A DNA stretch of 62,692 nucleotides, counting the filler, from Collodictyon triciliatum (taxonomy: Eukaryota): the NCBI GenBank assembly GCA_043381765.1. It is 6 parts of 6 records of this genome, joined end to end, with 100 filler letters (N's around TTAATTAATTAA, not from the genome) between each part and the next. Parts side by side here need not be neighbours in the genome. Positions count along the whole stretch, not along the records: positions 37,713 to 44,662 come from JBHJMP010000469.1; positions 44,763 to 62,692 come from JBHJMP010000470.1; 4 more parts are not named here. One strand, given 5' to 3'. The notes beneath the pieces were generated by a model, which had not been told where the DNA came from, did not search any database, and worked only from the letters and a program-made list of their open reading frames with translations. A program made the translations under genes and the position numbers. Below, in pieces: positions 41,801-54,418 of this stretch; position 1 is the first letter of the stretch; each line of letters opens with the position of its first letter.

Positions 41801-43681
41801 GAAAGAGATGAAAGAGATGAAAGAGATGAAAGAGATGAAAGAGATGAAAGAGATGAAAGAGATGAAAGAGATGAAAGAGATGAAAGAGATGAAAGAGATG
41901 AAAGAGATGAAAGAGATGAAAGAGATGAAAGAGATGAAAGAGATGAAAGAGATGAAAGACATTTAAATGAACAAAAATTTAAGCAAAACCAACAGAGCTA
42001 TTTGCGTGATTAAGGAGATTTTGAGCCCCAACTAAGAGTTCGGGAAGAGCCCCAACAAATAGTTCATTTCCTAGTGTAGATGACCTTCCAAGCGATCCAC
42101 TACTCTTTGATGATGAATAAAGCTATAGCAGACGGGAAGGGAATAATTCAAGATGCTTGAGCGAATCAAGATTTTATGCGTTATAGTTGTTTAATATACA
42201 TATTTTAAAGAAAATACGTGGGATAAGTGCGCTGGATTTTAAGTGACAATCTGAACAAATATTAGCTAATAAAAAAATACATGAAAGATATTCGGATATC
42301 TCTGTCTTGCGTATCTGACGAGAACATTTAATACGATTGGCAAGTGCCACTCGTCCACTTCGTCAATAACACGAACAATCTTAAAAACAATGTAAGTATG
42401 TTACTTGTAAGATTAGTTTCAAAAGGGCATATTCGCGTGTTAAAATTGAAAAGCAAGAAAATTAGGCATCTAATGATAAAAATAACTCAAGAGAAAAAAA
42501 AAGCAAGAAACAGTTCGGCTTGGAAGAAAATGATTACATGCGAAAATCTCGAATCGAGGAAATGAAGCTGGTTGGGGCATATGTTCCACATTGCTGTGAT
42601 AGATGCACTCACAACCTGTACTTCTTCATCACGGAGCAAATATTGTAGGACATCAACAAGATCCTCCTCCGTATCGCGATCCAATTGATATATTGAGGAC
42701 AGAGAAAGTGCGGTGGTCTTTCGAACATAAGGAGAGTCATCCTTTGCCGTTTTCTGTACTGCTGCAACCATGACCTTTGCAAATATGCCATGCATGAGAA
42801 AGTTAATGTACGCATGAAAATTCACACCATTACAACATTACGAAAGGATTTACTTTCATCATCATCGACTGTGAAATATCTTTTTTTTAGTTTCTTAAAA
42901 CATCAGTTTCGAGCGCAGTTCATTTTAAAATTAGCATTCAATTATCACTTGTGATATTTCAGGAATGCGCAAAGATGTCAATGTCTTCAAAGCAGATGCG
43001 CGCACAATTGGAGAATCACTCGACAATTCCTGATTATGATTTTATCGATTAGAGAGAAGTTACATCTAAATAGAAATAAACTCAAGTGTTCTATTTGAAA
43101 AAAAATCATCATCATAGATTGTGGATATCTACTTTGTGAAGGATGTTGACCGATAAAAGCGCGGTTTCTGGGTCGGATTTCGAGGCGTGGACAAGAAAAG
43201 TGTGCACATATCTCTTCATTTCCAGCGACGGTTCTTGCAAAGTTTTCACTACTTCTGGGAATAGAGACTTCACATCCAATCCAGCCGTGTAATACTATAA
43301 ATATGAAGGTAAGAGGCAGGACGGGTGATGTATATTGATTCTGTTACATATTTTCATGCCACCAGGGGACTAATTTCGTGAACCGATCCAATCAGTAAGA
43401 GAAAAAAAATATACTAGTGAACCTTTTTTTATTTATTAATTTATTAATAAAATAAAATAAAAAGAGGAATTATAAAACAGAGAGGAAATCATAGAGTTAA
43501 AAAGGAGGATATGCTAACACACAGCGAGAATCAGTTGCATCGCTTTGCTTTTTTCTCGAGGATCCGGGTTCATAAGCTCGTTTCGCATTTCATCCCACTC
43601 TGTGCGGGTGACACTCAGTTCAAGCGGTTGCTTTTCCTTGTCTGCTCCTTGTAGCAGCTGTGCAAAGCGCAGAATGTCCAT
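38871..43681 (-). CDS. AP3B: AP-3 complex subunit beta (divergent), multi-exon, spans an N gap
   Basis: LFPEVVK, ALLSVN, SPIVRASALKTLTSLRIP, DDSPYVRKT, EVDEWHLPIVLNVLVRYAR, DKNYDVRDMARF, LGSLSFIV...GYHPIP. Last exon is an (ED)n tract ending DDTE*. Confidence 0.85.
41690..41959. repeat. (GAAAGAGAT)n and (GAAAGAGAAATAGAT)n intronic repeat
   Basis: Visible tandem repeat. Confidence 0.9.
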
Positions 43682-44662
43682 GCCTATCTTTGCGCAGGCG
43701 GGGTGTCAAAAGTTGTGTACCTATGGCGTTAAATAGCATTACGCAATAGGATAAATAGACAAATAAANNNNNNNNNNNNNNNNNNNNNNNNNNNNNAATA
43801 AATAATAAATAATAAATAATAAATAATAAATAATAAATAATAAATAATAAATAATAAATAATAAATAGTAAATAAATAAATAAATAATAAATAGCAGAAG
43901 TGGTAGGGAAGGTGCCACAATTGTTGAAGCACGACCTTACGCTGCGGCTCCGATCACACCAAACACACGATCCGTCAAAAAGAATGGTTGTTGTCTGCGT
44001 GTTTTGATTTGGCACTAGAACCTCCAAATAAGGCATGATTCAATCAGTCCTTTCTGATCGAGCGCTGTCGTTCGGTTGTTTGCTTTTTGACAGTTCGGTT
44101 TGGCGCTGTGAGAAATCCGACACCGCAGAATGCCAAGGCCAAAAGTTGTTCTCTTCACCATCTCCTTTGTTTGATTATATAGCCAACAGGGTAATGCCAT
44201 ACAAGGGGCGAGATAGGTGCGCATGGTAGAGAGCAAACGCGAGTAAGAGAAGATGCTACTGTGGAGAGGCTAGCACTGGAAAGAAATCAGTGATGGCGAG
44301 TTGGTCAGGTGGGCGACCCAACTGGTTGATTGGTTGCGTGGGCAGCAGGGGTTGGATATGCTGTGGGAGATATCGCGACCCTCACAGGTGCATAGCGATG
44401 AGCCATGAATCCAGCTTCTGTACCCCGCTGGCCTGCCATCTAGCCAACATGGTCGCTTTTTCAACCAAGGCGCGAACAACAACGCCAGACTGAAGAATAA
44501 TCTAAACCCCCTTCCTTCCCTTTAATCGAAGAAAGGGAATAAAAAACCATTGCACAGCAGGGTTGCTCAATATCGTTTCATGGCTAGACTCCCTGGCCCA
44601 GGCTCCGTTTTCCTGCGCAACTCCCTCGAGTTTTCCCACCCGATGCGCATCGGCGACCACGT

Positions 44663-44762
44663 NNNNNNNNNNNNNNNNNNNNNNNNNNNNNNNNNNNNNN
44701 NNNNNNTTAATTAATTAANNNNNNNNNNNNNNNNNNNNNNNNNNNNNNNNNNNNNNNNNNNN
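44663..44762. other. Artificial scaffold linker
   Basis: N-TTAATTAATTAA-N. Confidence 0.95.
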
Positions 44763-44822
44763 GAAATGATGAACGGATAGATCGTTTGCAGAATTATTTT
44801 ATTTCATATTTGTGTGTGTGTG

Positions 44823-44956
<134 letters not shown>

Positions 44957-45216
44957 TGTGCATAAAGACAGCGTAGCGGTTGAGGTCTACGATGGGTGAT
45001 GTGATACCTATGGCCACAGCACCCTTTCACAAAGGGCATTGAATAAGAAAACGAAAGGTTACATGGTTTTGCATCTCAAAGGAAAGAGAGGAAGAGAGTA
45101 GGGATATGAGAGGATGAGGTTCAGCTGTCTTATATTTCTTATTTTCCTTGCTCACTAGAGAGGCAAACACTCCTTGTGATTGATAACTGTATGTATTTGA
45201 ATGATTATCCAGGATA

Positions 45217-46708
45217 TTAATTGGTGGATTCGTATCTTCCTTCATCATCCGAGTCATCAGAGATGTGACCAAAAACCCCTTTCATCTTTCCCCAGGTATA
45301 TTTGAATCCATCCTACAATGTCCAAATGTTTAATCATAACATATTTCATAAAAGTTTTGTGGTTTCCAAATTCCTGCATATTTTGTCAGGAGGTTCAAGA
45401 TTGGGCAAACCTTCACGTATCCATAGGACCTAATCCAGAATTCAAGGTTGGGAAAGGCCTCTTTGCCTCTCAGCTTCCTCCTGGTCATGTTATACGTAAC
45501 TCCTCCGACGACGTAGATAGTGCTGACTCCAAAAAGTCTGCATAGACATGTGGAAATATGAATATGAGTGATTGTGCAAGGGCTAACGGGGCCTTTGGAA
45601 GGTGGGATGGATACTTCGTATGTGTAAAGGCAAACCCGATGAGGAAATAAAGGCCGACAGTAAAAATGCTTTCTTCCTCGGTGTCTAAGCCAACATATAC
45701 GCCACATGCAGTGGAAGAGTACATACCAGATGCTTTGTATATCGTGCCACTCATTGTCACCTTTTAGATTTGGAAATCCATCTTAACATAAAATCAAAAC
45801 TACTGGTAAAAAAAAAAATAACTAATTTAATGCGTATACATATAGAAAAAAAAAGGTATTCTGTCATGTCACAAACAGATATGGGCGTAGCTGGCTGTAG
45901 AGTGTTTCCGCATTTTATTTCGTAGTAAAAGCTCTTGTTGTTCCCACTGAACTTGATTACAATACCGTCATTTCCGTCGATACCTAAATGATATAATGTG
46001 AGCATCCTTTTTTTTTTCTTCAAAAAAAAAAAAAAAAAAAAGAGCCCGGGATCTTGCTGTAAAATCAAGACTTCTATTCAAATAATAGATTTCTCCATAT
46101 GATTATTTCCAATTCTAAACACTTGGACATATTAACACCTCACGGCACGGGCACGAATACGTGAATGTAATAAATTATTAAATACAACATCTGTATTGGT
46201 ACAATCAGTGTCTAATCAATAATCACCGTTCTTAAATTCGTACGATGGATACCCTGAGGACGAAACAATCCCAGTGCAGGAGTTGCCATCCACAACCTGT
46301 TCGTAAGACATGAAACCACTAGAGAACAGAAAATAAGTGAAATATGGAATGAGGAGGTCAGTCACAAGCGCAAATGATTTCAATCTGGATTTAAATAAAT
46401 ATGAAGACTTGCCTATCACCAGAGCAGGTCGGGGACACAGCATCGGTGCAAAAGTTCAGGTAGTATTGAAAGTATGGCGGCTCAGTTCCTATGTACGAAT
46501 CCCTGCGCAGAGTAATCATCATTCAGAATATAACAAAATTGCATGCAGTTCAAACAATGGTGTTTTTAACTAGTTACGACCGTGAAAAGATCACCATAAA
46601 TATATATATATAAATATTCGTATTTGTCTCACTTAATATACATGTGACAGGGTCATTTCGTTCTGTTTTGTTTTACTTTTATAATGATTGTAGACGTATA
46701 AGGAACCC

Positions 46709-46792
<84 letters not shown>

Positions 46793-47046
46793 GGTATATG
46801 CAAATGAGAAAAAAATTGATCTTTATTAGTTAGCTTATATGAAAGCGGAAAAAAGAAGATGGATTTAAATTAATAATATTAAGGATAATACGACATAAAT
46901 ACAGCGTATTACCCAACTTTCTTGAGGGGAGTAAAGTCGTATCTCCAGCCATTCGGGGCCTTCCACATGCACGGCTGTCCTCCCGCAGCCTCAGAGACGA
47001 GCGCAATAATGACCAAGCTGATCGCGGCCCACGTGTGAGGCTTCAT
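45217..47046 (-). CDS. Cation-dependent mannose-6-phosphate receptor / Atg27-like type I membrane protein
   Basis: Signal peptide, Cys-spaced MRH-like domain (YDFTPL, YYLNFC, YSSTAC), TM segment, YVVGGVTYN...RGKEAFPNLEFW, |DGFKY and an acidic tail ending RYESTN*. Confidence 0.8.
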
Positions 47047-47207
47047 CTTTGGTGTATTCCACACCGGAAAGCTGATTAGAAACGGGCGAGGAAAAGAGGC
47101 GATCTGACTGGCCCAACAGAAACGATTCTTGAAAGAGGACTTGTGAAAGAATATGCTTGTAGTTGAGAGCAGTCGATCATCCACCGGTGCTCTTTTTGAG
47201 TTTTTTA

Positions 47208-47313
<106 letters not shown>

Positions 47314-47804
47314 TACCATTATCATTATCATTATCATTCTTTCTCTCTATACATATTTTATGTTCTTTTCAAAAGGAGGGTGCTTCGCTTTTTGATCGGA
47401 GGACGGTATTCTCTTGCTCCTAACAAGCTGTGATCGGCCAGTGTATTAAATATATATATGTAATTCTCTCACTCGCAAGACTGGCGTTGGTGACATGTTG
47501 ATCGGTTCACATACGAAATCGGGTCACGACAGGCGTTTTGTGTTTCTTTGGATTAATGTTTAATTGGGAAGGAAATTACTTTGCTGAAGGACGAGATAAA
47601 CTGATAATTGGATGATTGGATGATTGGAAAATGAAGGAAGGAAGAATGAAAGAAAAGAAAAGAAAAGAAAAATTAAGCAAAGGCGAATTTAAACATACTT
47701 TTTCTAATTGGATCGCGGCATGTTTGTTTGTTCGACGGGTTTGCGAATGTCCATAATTGGGCGAAGATTCGTCCTGCTTGTTCGGGTATTAAATCGGCGG
47801 ATTG

Positions 47805-47961
47805 TTCACACATCTGGAAATTATAATATGCGGGCTCTGCCTTTCGTATTAAAAAAAGTTATCTTTCGTTACATCAACTGGCAAGAAAGAATATACAATC
47901 TTTCGAATGGTAAACCTGGAGCGCTAGTATCCAACATCTCACCACTTTTTTCACAAAGAGA
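47805..47961 (-). ncRNA. Putative Fanzor omegaRNA scaffold
   Basis: Lies immediately 3' of the Fanzor stop, forms hairpins, and its core is conserved in a second locus at 38300-38359. Confidence 0.6.
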
Positions 47962-49480
47962 TTATGTAGTAGTGAAGGCTGCCAGGGAAGACCCGACAGC
48001 CTGTTTTTTAAAGGAAGGTGTATGCATATTTTGAAGGACTAAAAGAACTTTCTTGAGTATATTTTTAGCGCTGTTAAAGTCCCTTGTGAAGAATACACTT
48101 TGTTTGCTTTCTGAGCGATTACATTCTTGGCATATGAGACATCTATAAACCTTTTTTGAATTTCCTTTCAGTTTCGTATATTCCAGTTCTTTTTCGCAGT
48201 TGCAGCACATCTTGGAGATTCAATATTCATCTACACTAGCTGTTTCAGAACGTTTGGATAATATTTTTCATAATCCTCTTCCGATTGTTGCCATAAAATG
48301 ATTCATCGGACATTTTCTGCTCCAGTCTCCATACGCCAGTACAACATCCTTGCCAAATGTCTTTTCCATTCGGTCCATAAACAACTGTTCACTTCTTTTT
48401 GTATTAACATACTGTCTCCATCTCATCTTTCGAAAAGTTACTTGTTCATAAAATCTAGAAAATTCTATCTGGTATCTTGATTTCAAAGATACGTATTTTC
48501 GAAAATTTATCATAATCGACCGAGCACGAGTTATGTTTACTCAGGTCTATCTCTAAATCGATTAAAGATACTATTGATGTCTCAAACCGCTGATTCTCTT
48601 CAAATGCCATGTGACCAAAAGAAACAGCATTTAGTAAATCTGTCACCATGCATATCCGAAAAGGATTGTACTTTTCTTTCTCGCGCAAGAGTATTTTGTG
48701 ATTTTCAAGAGATTTTCTATCATGTCTTGTTTGGTGTGCCGTATAAAGTAATTTCTTAACTTTCTCATCCACCATGTCAACCAAATTAAACTTGCCCGCA
48801 TCCACTCCAACTACTTTTTTTCCCGCTAATAAATATAACTGCTCTTCGGAAAGTTCATCTATATAAACATATTCTCGGTGTTTTTTTTTATTATATTTGG
48901 ATGTTGAATTTGAAATACCTATCTTTTTAAATAACAATGACACCGCCAAGCCGTCTGTTTGTATCATGTATTTAAAATTGTAGTCTCTTTGATGAAATAC
49001 CCTCTTCATTTCAGAGAAATTATCCCATAGTGTCTCTTTGCATCCTGATATATTCTTCATTGATGATGTTTTCCCAGTTAATAATAGTAGATCTACCAAA
49101 GATGCAGTATCTAGATTAATATAACATGATATTGTTAGTTCTTATAGAGATTGGTTGAAACTGATTGGCTCCAATTTCCCCAAAAATGCGATTCATGTGA
49201 ACTAGACATGGAATGCACTTATTTGGATTGACTTTGACATCTCATTCGATATCTTTTACAATATCGCTGGGAATGATAAGATTCCAATGCATCGTAGCCC
49301 ATTCTTTATATTGTTCCAGTATTTCGAGATTCTTGAAGATGGCTCCTTTTTTTTAACTCTGCTTTGAATCGAATAAAGGAAAAAAAAAGTTTTATAACTC
49401 TGCCTTTTTAATAGCTTCCGTAATATTCTCATCTTTAGGAGCTGCTTGATTATTAAAGACTGGACAATACCCTGTAAACA
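47962..49480 (-). pseudogene. Fanzor nuclease pseudogene (RuvC plus zinc finger)
   Basis: DVKVNP, QFQPI, YINLDTASLVDL, IQTDGLAVSLLF, RuvC-I VVGVDAG, FRKMRWRQY, VVLAYGDWS, VDEY*ISKMCCNC, CQEC, RuvC-III RDFNSAKNI. In-frame TGA at 48268-48270 and 48220-48222; frameshifts near 48505 and 49130. Confidence 0.9.
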
Positions 49481-49758
49481 TGAGTCTTCTTTGTATGTTT
49501 CCACTCTACAGTCGCAAATGGTTGTGGCATCATCCAAATACCCTCGAAGTCATTTTGAAGGAGGCAAAGAAACTTAAAACCGAAAATCAAATAAACAAAA
49601 ATAAACAAAAATAAACAAAAATAAACAAACAGAAAAGAAATTCATATTCAAACTCATTTTATTAACGATAATGCAGCAAGCCAACGTCCGCGTCTATGTG
49701 GAGGCACTTAGATAGCAGCAAGATAGCAAGGGGGAAAAAATGGTAGAAAATGAGAGAA

Positions 49759-52700
49759 CTATCCCTGAAAGCCGGGTCCCTTATAGACCGGATTGATTTC
49801 AAATCTGAATTCGATGGATGAAAAAGAGACAATAACGCCGTCGTACACAGGGGCACACCCATCTCGCACAAGGACGCCGTCCACCTTTGTAGGGTTTTTG
49901 CCATATGTAGTAATCGTGAAGTTTTTTTTGACTTGGTCAAACTCAAGTGTAGCCTGCTTTCTGGAAACCATGCGGGCACGCTTTGCACTGGCCAAATCAA
50001 GGTCATCGGAGCTGAGACACGTTCCGCGGCCGATGGTGACAACATCCCTTTTCATATACAAATCGCAGCATTCATCCGCTACAATTTTGTTTCACATTAT
50101 TTTTGTTAAAATTTTTTGTTGAATTAACCACTCGAGCAGGCGAAATTCTACTTTCACGAGTTGGAGAAGAAATGCAGCTATATCAAGTTTCTTGTAATTC
50201 CTCTCATCAACATTTTTGGTATATGCCATTCACAACACACATCTTTAAAGATACTGAGGGAAATAAGAGGAGGGTGGGGGGATATGGCTATACTTTACAG
50301 CTAAAAAGCAGTACTCACATTTAGAAAGATATTACATAATACGAAAAGAAAAGCACAAATGAAGGCACCATTTGCATGATTATACAAACCATTCAAAGAG
50401 CGTAGAACTGCATAATAGTGGATTGGCGGCAAACTCTTTGGAATCGAACCATGAGCAGGAGGCGGCGGAGTTGATGTTTTTCCTGCGCTTGAGGCGTGGG
50501 TAGCGTCAGGCACAACTGGATGTGTCGGTGAGGGATTTAAGGCATCGGGAGCAGATGTCTGAGACTCTTGCATCGCAGGCGCATCCGTTCTAACTGGGAG
50601 TTCCAAAGTTGTATCTAAATGACCATAATCAATATAAAACAACAACGACTTTCGTTTCATCCATATCGTACAGCGTATATTTTGGTACGTTTAGCCATTC
50701 CTGTGAAAACAAGCTACACATATGAGGTCTTTACCAAGAGCACTCGTGTTACAGGCCCCTGTAGCAGGCTCGTCAGGTTCTAGTTATGGATGGAAAGGTG
50801 AATATAAACATTATCGCCGGTGCTGCGTATATAAAATAATGAAAATAATCTGGGTCAATTTCTTGACTAAATCAAAGGTATTTATTGAAGCTTGTTGAGA
50901 AACAAAAAGATTAGAAAAAAGAAGAAAAAACTCACATATCTGATACACAGATTACGGTTGCGCATTTTCGATGATTGTGAAACAAAAAGAATCTAAAGAA
51001 AAAACGAACCTTGTGGATGAGCTTCAGACACGGACACAGAGACTGAGACTGAGACTGAGGCATAAGACTTGGCCAGGTCATTCAGCACATTGTTTGCACT
51101 ATTATCATCGGCTAAGACGATGCTACCCTGGATGGGTAAAATCGTAGCATCTGCAATTGTATTCGCAGGTGGAGAGAAAACAGACGTGTTTGCCGGATCT
51201 ACCATAGAATTAGTCAAAGACACAGGGTGTTCCACAGGGGCTGGTTTTGTACTCAGCTTTGGAGACAGTTCCAGATTGCCGACTGATTTTATGGAGGCAT
51301 GTCCGCTGTCTTCTGATTCGGGTCTCGCGCGCTTCCTGGAGCCTGGAAGCGGTAAATATGACGGCAAAGTTATAGGGGTTTGATGCATTACTGTAGGGAA
51401 TAGGGCCTGTGGTGCTTGTGGTGTTGAGACAACAAGGGACATAGGAGGAGACATCTTCGGTCCTGGTGCTTGGACCGAGGGTTGTGTCTGCAGTGATGCG
51501 GACGACGGTGTGGGAGATGCAGGCTGATGGGACGGGCGGGTCTGCAAACTGCCCTGAAGGGCTGTGTTTGAATGGAGAACATGAATAGAATCCACGCTGA
51601 CGAGAGTGTCTGTTGTGTGTAAAGGCTGCATTGGTGCGGCTGCAGGCACGTCAAGCGCCATTGAACTGGCCTTTTCTGAATCCGGGATATTGATGTTTAG
51701 TGACGGGGCTGCCATGAGAGATCATTATAATGGTAAGGGATGTTTGTGATATTGTGTATTGCGGAAGTCTAGCAATACCCTGTTGGGTGCCATGCTGCAT
51801 TCCTTGGGTGGATGTAGACAACTGTGGAGACATTTGGGGATGTGGTAGTGCGGTGTGCATTGGAGATGGGATTCTTCTCTGCGCAAATGGACTGTCCAAC
51901 GGTGCTGCAGATAAGTGCGATGGTCTCTGCGTCTGTGCAAAGACAGTCGGGATTGGCTCATGGAAGTGAGATGACATATCCTGTAATCATGCATGAATGC
52001 AGAATGGTGATCAACTTTGGTATTAGTATAATGGAGAAAGCTAAAGAGAAAAAATGACCGTAAAAATATATAGAAAGGAAAGAAATGAGACCCAAATGTA
52101 TAGTGCTATCATCAATTTCTCAGCAGAAGAGTGATAAAAAAAAAGTGTAGTGTGGGAATAATTGTTTTTGTTTAAAAAAAGAACTTGTGATTAATGCAGT
52201 ATACTTACAACTGATTTTACATTCGTTTTTTTTTTTTTTTGGAAAGAATAAAAGGAAGACGGCCCCAAGGTCGTCAAAAGGGCAGAATAAATATGATTTA
52301 GTGCATCAAAAATTATATAGAAACAAAACACGAATAGCTGTAGATGAGAGTAGTATGGTTACATAAGAAATAGAAGAAATTTCACGTGTAGTTTGGGCAA
52401 CATTAGGGGGGTGAATTTCTGGTATTGTGTTCGTAGCTGGGCTCGATATTTGATTCAGTGCATTTGTATGCATTGATATATTCACAGGCATGGTTTGCGG
52501 TGGTGGAGTCGGGACAGGGGTTGTAGTAAGCGTTGGAGTTAGGTTTGGGGTTGGCGTCGGAGTTGGGGATGTTGATAACTGACGGGCTACACGAAAATTA
52601 ACTAAATCATAGTCATTCATAATCATGGTCGTAATCTTAATGGTTTTCAAATCGGATCGTATAAGTATTGTGATATACAGTAAAGTCCTTGAAGAAAATT

Positions 52701-53696
52701 TTCAATATCGAGAGAAATAGTTATATGTGAAAAAAAACCCTTCTTTGACGTTTTCGTCCGCTTATTGAAACTGATATTAAGAGGAGCCTGATTGGAATCT
52801 GATAGACAGGTCAGTGGAATGCTCATATATGTGCTTAGATTTAAATCAATTATGCAGTTATATCTAGCATGGGCTATATGCATTCCAAAAATACAGCATT
52901 TGAATCATATTTTATGCACCCGGCGCTCTTGTCTGGATATCTTCTACCATGGGAGACTTCAGATGTTTCGAGTTTGACTGGTCACGGTCCAGTAAATCGG
53001 TGTGTGTGACATTATGAAAGCCTGGTCCAACAAGAAACGGAAATCCAGTAGGTGGAATAGGAGGGACATGTAATTTTCTACATGTAAATTCTCAATGTAA
53101 GTAAAATTAAGATCGGCATTTTGATATTTGAGAGAGAAATTATCAAATCATATGGCGTAAGAAGAAATTATCAAATCTTATGGAGTAAGAAGAAATATCA
53201 AGGAAATTGGGGAAAAAGAAGAAAAGGAGAAAATAAAGAATGTTGAGAGAGAAGGGAAAGGTACGCACCCATTTTCGAATTCGGGTGGTAACGCTGTGCG
53301 AGTTTCTATGCAATAATTGTATTAGATATGTGTCAGCATAAAATAGACGGTATAAAAAAAAAAGAGAGAGAGAGAGATAATTATATCCATTAATATAGGT
53401 TCATAAATACCCAAATCACCTCCTCCTTGAAAAACAGGCAAGGCACTTGAGTGCTCGTAATTTGTCGAGGAAGGCTTTTACGTTAATTGGTTAGATTGTC
53501 ATTCATAAACGGGATAATGAATGAAGATTGTGAATGAATACAAGTAGCACATATTAGAATTTATTGTGGTGTCCAAGTAAAAGACCTAGGTAAAGCTACT
53601 TACATTGCGCTGATTGCTCTTGGCTAGGCCAGGTTCCCTACTAGCAAATCCTGACACTGCACCATCAGATTGCGCACGCACGTCGGCAAATTTTGC
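49759..53696 (-). CDS. Pro/Ser/Thr-rich protein with C-terminal FHA domain (MCRS1/FOXK-like); 5' end unresolved
   Basis: Last exon LYMKRDVVTIGR...VSRKQA...GKNPTKVDG carries the FHA GR, SR and N motifs. A chain of low-complexity exons with compatible phases extends upstream to about 53696. Confidence 0.75.
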
Positions 53697-53807
53697 TTGA
53701 GTGGACGTTTCACATGAGTTTAATAATATGATGAAACACATACAAGTAATATAACCCCAATATATGACCTTGTTATTTTGAGCAAGTCGACCGCTCACAT
53801 TTTTTCG

Positions 53808-53852
<45 letters not shown>

Positions 53853-53927
53853 NNNNNNNNNNNNNNNNNNNNNNNNNNNNNNNNNNNNNNNNNNNNNNNN
53901 NNNNNNNNNNNNNNNNNNNNNNNNNNN

Positions 53928-53975
<48 letters not shown>

Positions 53976-54034
53976 TCGGATAATAGAATATGTATGATAG
54001 TGAAATATTTCTTGGAATATGGGACCGAACATAC

Positions 54035-54363
54035 CTATATCAACCAGCCATAAAGAAGGAGGGCCTGACTGGCCTTCACCACCAAAGACATATGATTGAT
54101 TTTTCCATGACACAAATGCACCGCCTTCGTAGGATGGTTTTGCTGGGGCGCTATCCGGTATGGACGATATCTTTGACCAGTCAAACGTCCCAGATTCATT
54201 GGATGCACTCAACATCCACGCATCACGCATCCCATAATTGCCATCACAACTCACTCCCCCGTACATAGCAAGTGTACCTTCCAGTGCCATGATGGATGAT
54301 GAACCTCTAGATGCTCTTCTATTCCAATTGTCTCCTATCTTCCATTCAAATGCACCTAATAAC

Positions 54364-54418
<55 letters not shown>

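Larger units (their letters stand above)
47805..49500 (-). mobile_element. Degenerate Fanzor (TnpB-like) element; boundaries approximate
   Basis: Broken ORF with Fanzor1-like motifs followed by a structured non-coding tail. Intronless and AT-rich, lying between the FHA and M6PR-like genes. Confidence 0.8.

Noticed and set aside
42215-42300. Second AT-AC intron in AP-3 beta (ATATCTTT donor)
   Set aside because: A canonical GT-AG model with a 14-nt microexon fits the frame equally well, and no U12 branch site is evident.
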